A DNA stretch of 64,000 bases, from positions 3,118 through 67,117 of the forward strand of contig JBAZTA010000001.1 in assembly GCA_041662125.1 (NCBI GenBank). The letters are read 5' to 3'. The DNA comes from Candidatus Omnitrophota bacterium. GTDB lineage: Bacteria; Omnitrophota; Gorgyraeia; Gygaellales; Profunditerraquicolaceae. Position 1 is the first letter of the stretch. Each line of letters opens with the position of its first letter. The notes under the pieces were generated by a model that was given only the letters and a program-made list of their open reading frames with translations, was not told where the DNA came from and did not search any database. Made by a program: the position numbers and the translations under genes. This document shows, in pieces, positions 61,262 through 64,000 of the stretch.

Positions 61262-62218
61262 TTATTGAAAGCCATCCTGCGCTTCGATGACCTTTATCGT
61301 AACACCGGGAAACTCTTTTGCCAGCGCTTCCCCTTTTTGTCTTCCTAAAACAAATATCGCTGTTGACAAAGCATCGGCAGTCAAACCATCATCAGCAATA
61401 ACCGTTACCGATATAACCTTTGAATCCGCTGGGTATCCGGTCTTTGGATCCATGATATGCGCGTAACGCAGGTTATTGTTAGTAAAATACTGTTCGTAAT
61501 CGCCGGAGGTAGATACTGCTTTATTCTTGAGCGCCATTTCCGCGACAAAACTTTGATGCCGCGGGTCCCGTACGGCGACATGCCAGGGCTCACCGAATTT
61601 ATCACCTAAACAATAGATCTGCCCGCCGGCATTGATCAAACAATTTTTTATGCCTGCGTCTTTTAATGCCTGCACGGCGCAATCAACCGCGTATCCTTTG
61701 GCAATAGCTCCGGCGTCTAATTTCATCCCGGAAAGCTTGAATTTTACCACAGTATCATGCAAATTAAAAATGATTTTTTCAAATCCGACACAACTCAAAA
61801 CTTTTTCTATTTCTTCTTTACCGGGAACCCGGTAATTTTTATCGGTAAAACCCCATACATCCATAAGAGGGCCGATCGTAATATCAAAGGCGCCTGCGCT
61901 TTTTTCCCAAAAGAAACGCGCTTTATCAAGCAGATACAAAGTTTGCAGGCTTACCCGCCATTGCCCACGCTGGTTTAACTCAAAAATATCACTCCCTTTT
62001 TTATATTTACTTAACAAATTCTCGATCTTCTTGATCTCATCAAAGACAATGGCAGGCGCCCGCTTTTCAGGAGAAACAACCTCAACAAACGTCCCCATCA
62101 TGACGCGCCGATCACGGTAAAGCTCATGGCTGCGGCAGCCGGGAAGAAAGTTGGAAATCAAAAGCAAAACGGAAAAAGACAGGAATAAAGAACTATTGCG
62201 TCTAGTAATTCTGTTCAT
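61262..62218 (-). CDS. apbE: FAD:protein FMN transferase (ApbE family lipoprotein); real start MNRITRR
   Basis: Signal peptide with LPGC lipobox; C-terminal DDGLTADALSTAIFVLG ApbE motif. Confidence 0.75.
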   Translation of the reverse strand: MNRITRRNSSLFLSFSVLLLISNFLPGCRSHELYRDRRVMMGTFVEVVSPEKRAPAIVFDEIKKIENLLSKYKKGSDIFELNQRGQWRVSLQTLYLLDKARFFWEKSAGAFDITIGPLMDVWGFTDKNYRVPGKEEIEKVLSCVGFEKIIFNLHDTVVKFKLSGMKLDAGAIAKGYAVDCAVQALKDAGIKNCLINAGGQIYCLGDKFGEPWHVAVRDPRHQSFVAEMALKNKAVSTSGDYEQYFTNNNLRYAHIMDPKTGYPADSKVISVTVIADDGLTADALSTAIFVLGRQKGEALAKEFPGVTIKVIEAQDGFQ

Positions 62219-62233
62219 GAACTCTAGCTTCTT

Positions 62234-62347
62234 AAGACCGGGTCTTATCAATGATAAAACGCAACCTTTCAAGACCCGGTCTTATTGCTCGCTTTAAAAG
62301 ACCCGGTCTTGAATTGTAAACCTAAGTTATAGATAAGACCGGGTCTT
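62234..62347. repeat. REP/BIME-like cluster: two 50-nt hairpin elements (4 copies of the 13-mer)
   Basis: 62234-62246, 62271-62283, 62298-62310, 62335-62347. Confidence 0.8.
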
Positions 62348-62406
62348 AAAGTATTATTGGTTACTGGATAGGTATAGTTAAGCTGTTAATTGAATAGTTT
62401 GAGAAG

Positions 62407-63333
62407 TTATAATGCGACAGGATAGCTTGCTTCTATAGTCTTGATCAGATCCACCAGCATCGCATTTACCGGTACAGAAATGCTTAATTCCTGGCCAAAA
62501 CGCACAATGACACCGTTAATAAAATCGATCTCCGTGCGCTGCTTGCGTAAAACATCCTGCAGCATGGAAGAAATGTTTCCTGAGGTAGCTTCACAGACCG
62601 CTTCAACTTTAGCCAACGGATCGTCATAGATCAACTTGATCCTTTTTCGTTTGGCAATTTTGACTGCTTCTGTCACCGCTTCGATCAAAATCCTGCGGCT
62701 GCCCTCAAATTCAATAAGAGCGCCATTATGCAAATGGGTAAGGGCGCTCAGGGCATTGATACCGACATTAACAATTAATTTTGACCATACAAGGCTTTTA
62801 ATATCGCGCGAAACCTTTGTTTCAAAACCTGCTTTATTGAAAAGTTCCCGGATAGAACGCATCGCGACAGGAATCTTACCATCGATAAGCCCCATCACCG
62901 TCTCACCCTTACCCGCGTATTTTATGCGGCCGGGTGCAAGCAGGATCGAACCAAGGTTTGTCACTCCCCCGATGACTTTTTCTGCTCCGACGCATTCTCC
63001 CAGGACTTCACAATTGCCAATACCATTCTGCAAGGTAAGGACCAGGGTATCATTGCCCACTAAAGGCTTTGCCTGAGCGATCGCGATCTTAGTATCATAG
63101 GATTTTACGCAGACCAGCAATAAATCAACTATCCCGATCTCACCCGGATCAACGCTTGCCTTCACTTTTGCATTCCAACTGCCCGAGACCCCCTCAACAT
63201 TGATCCCCTGTTTATTGATCAGGCTGGCGCGTTCTTTATGCTTATCAAAAAGCCAGATCTCTTCTTTTGTTTTAGAGAAATACGCGGCGAACAAACATCC
63301 CATTGCTCCGGGGCCGACAATAGCTATTTTCAT
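62407..63333 (-). CDS. panE: 2-dehydropantoate 2-reductase (ketopantoate reductase)
   Basis: 308 aa; MKIAIVGPGAMGCLFAAY Rossmann; ApbA/PanE C-terminal domain. Confidence 0.75.
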   Translation of the reverse strand: MKIAIVGPGAMGCLFAAYFSKTKEEIWLFDKHKERASLINKQGINVEGVSGSWNAKVKASVDPGEIGIVDLLLVCVKSYDTKIAIAQAKPLVGNDTLVLTLQNGIGNCEVLGECVGAEKVIGGVTNLGSILLAPGRIKYAGKGETVMGLIDGKIPVAMRSIRELFNKAGFETKVSRDIKSLVWSKLIVNVGINALSALTHLHNGALIEFEGSRRILIEAVTEAVKIAKRKRIKLIYDDPLAKVEAVCEATSGNISSMLQDVLRKQRTEIDFINGVIVRFGQELSISVPVNAMLVDLIKTIEASYPVAL

Positions 63334-63430
63334 CGTTTCACCTTAGATTTCAAACATCTCTTCCTACTTCCCATACGATACCACCGCGCGTATCCACGCG
63401 CAACAAAAAAATACCTATCCTCATATACCT

Positions 63431-64000
63431 TTAAGCCAATACCATCCGGGGAATTGGCGTATGATCAGCCTGCTCGAGCTTATTGAGGACTTTTTGAGAT
63501 TTAAGCTCTTTTTCCAGATGAAAATTCAAGAAAGAATTCAACACCAGCTCGAGCTCTTTCTTGATCACCGGGTTCATACCCAGATTAAGGTTATTCCTGA
63601 AGTCATTACGCTCAATATGCAGTATCGTAGCGATGGTGCCGCGAAAGATCGTCCGTGCCTGATGATCACGGCCGCAGCAGCTGCCGCACAAAAGCCCACC
63701 GAGGCTCAGGCTGAATTTTGTTTGCTCAAAAGTTTTTTTTGAGCAAACAACACAAGAATCCAAATGCGGTTTAAAACCGGAAAGAGAAAGTATCTTGATC
63801 TTAAATATGGTCATCACCCGCTCAGGATTTGCCGTAACAGCCAACTCCTTAAGAGTTGTCAGGATCAATTCAAAAACATCCCCATTGAGATCTTCGTGCT
63901 CCATGACAGCATGGACGATTTCGACCGCCAAACTTGCCATGCTTATTTTGGTGATATCAGAACGTATCTGATTAAAATTATCTTGAGTATCGCACTGGCT
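63431..64000 (-). CDS. recO: DNA repair protein RecO, C-terminal part; ORF continues past window end
   Basis: C-x-x-C...C-x-x-C zinc motif (CVVCSKK...CGSCC); frame open to position 64000. Confidence 0.55.
   Translation of the reverse strand, partial: SQCDTQDNFNQIRSDITKISMASLAVEIVHAVMEHEDLNGDVFELILTTLKELAVTANPERVMTIFKIKILSLSGFKPHLDSCVVCSKKTFEQTKFSLSLGGLLCGSCCGRDHQARTIFRGTIATILHIERNDFRNNLNLGMNPVIKKELELVLNSFLNFHLEKELKSQKVLNKLEQADHTPIPRMVLA

Noticed and set aside
37352-62347. Core GACC(C/G)GGTC of the repeats matches restriction site GACNNNGTC (Tth111I-type) and contains CCNGG
   Set aside because: The conserved unit is the longer 13-bp palindrome in paired 50-nt hairpins at gene boundaries. That is better explained as REP-like elements than as restriction-site clustering; the match is probably coincidental.
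63383-63398. GCGCGT-ATCC-ACGCGC perfect hairpin between panE and recO
   Set aside because: The T/A run is on the wrong side for a minus-strand intrinsic terminator. It is a single occurrence and possibly incidental.
1-64000. All plus-strand ORFs in the six-frame track (60-174 aa)
   Set aside because: Each lies entirely inside a longer, well-supported minus-strand gene. They have low-complexity or biased composition and no recognisable motifs; these are antisense artefacts.
1-64000. CRISPR arrays, rRNA genes, IS elements/transposases, integrases, prophage genes
   Set aside because: No regularly spaced direct repeats with unique spacers, no rRNA-like conserved segments, and no transposase/integrase-like ORFs were found. 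The only repeats are the short intergenic hairpin families described.

Overview
The window is 64 kb of a low-GC, diderm-type bacterial genome, probably uncultivated. Every credible gene (~57 CDS plus one tRNA) lies on the minus strand. Positions 1-37.3 kb are a tightly packed surface-polysaccharide (EPS/LPS-like) biosynthesis locus. It begins with two tandem paralogous secreted beta-helix/FN3 proteins. These are followed by many GT4/GT2 glycosyltransferases, including a 993-aa GT2-GT2-GT4 fusion, and by WecB-type 2-epimerase and sugar dehydrogenases. A CE4 deacetylase, a Wzy_C polymerase/ligase-like protein and a Wzx flippase come next, then dTDP-rhamnose genes rfbB/rfbD/rfbA. An acyl-activation module (FadD-like ligase, ACP, two alpha/beta hydrolases) and two amidotransferases (AsnB-like, WbuX-like) follow. 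A radical-SAM/SPASM enzyme sits among the glycosyltransferases. Positions 36.7-43 kb hold GlmM, a stand-alone GlmU-like acetyltransferase domain, and the export machinery: BY-kinase, ExeA-like ATPase, Wzz-type co-polymerase, Wza and a small HTH regulator. The final 20 kb is housekeeping and accessory: a small Cys-rich ORF, an Anbu/HslV-like proteasome homolog, a ParA-type ATPase fused to a glycogen-binding CBM48 domain beside a GH57 glucan enzyme, an OM beta-barrel, a PHP phosphoesterase, tRNA-Arg(CCT), apt, a sigma-70 family factor, ppdK, glyQS, panB, an NRAMP-family transporter coupled to a soluble MgtE-N/CBS protein, ApbE, panE and a truncated recO. Intergenic regions between 37 and 62 kb carry a family of ~50-nt REP/BIME-like hairpin elements built from the 13-bp palindrome AAGACC(C/G)GGTCTT, with 20 copies at 7 loci. 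Two other small repeat families are also present. No CRISPR array, rRNA or recognisable IS/transposase was seen.
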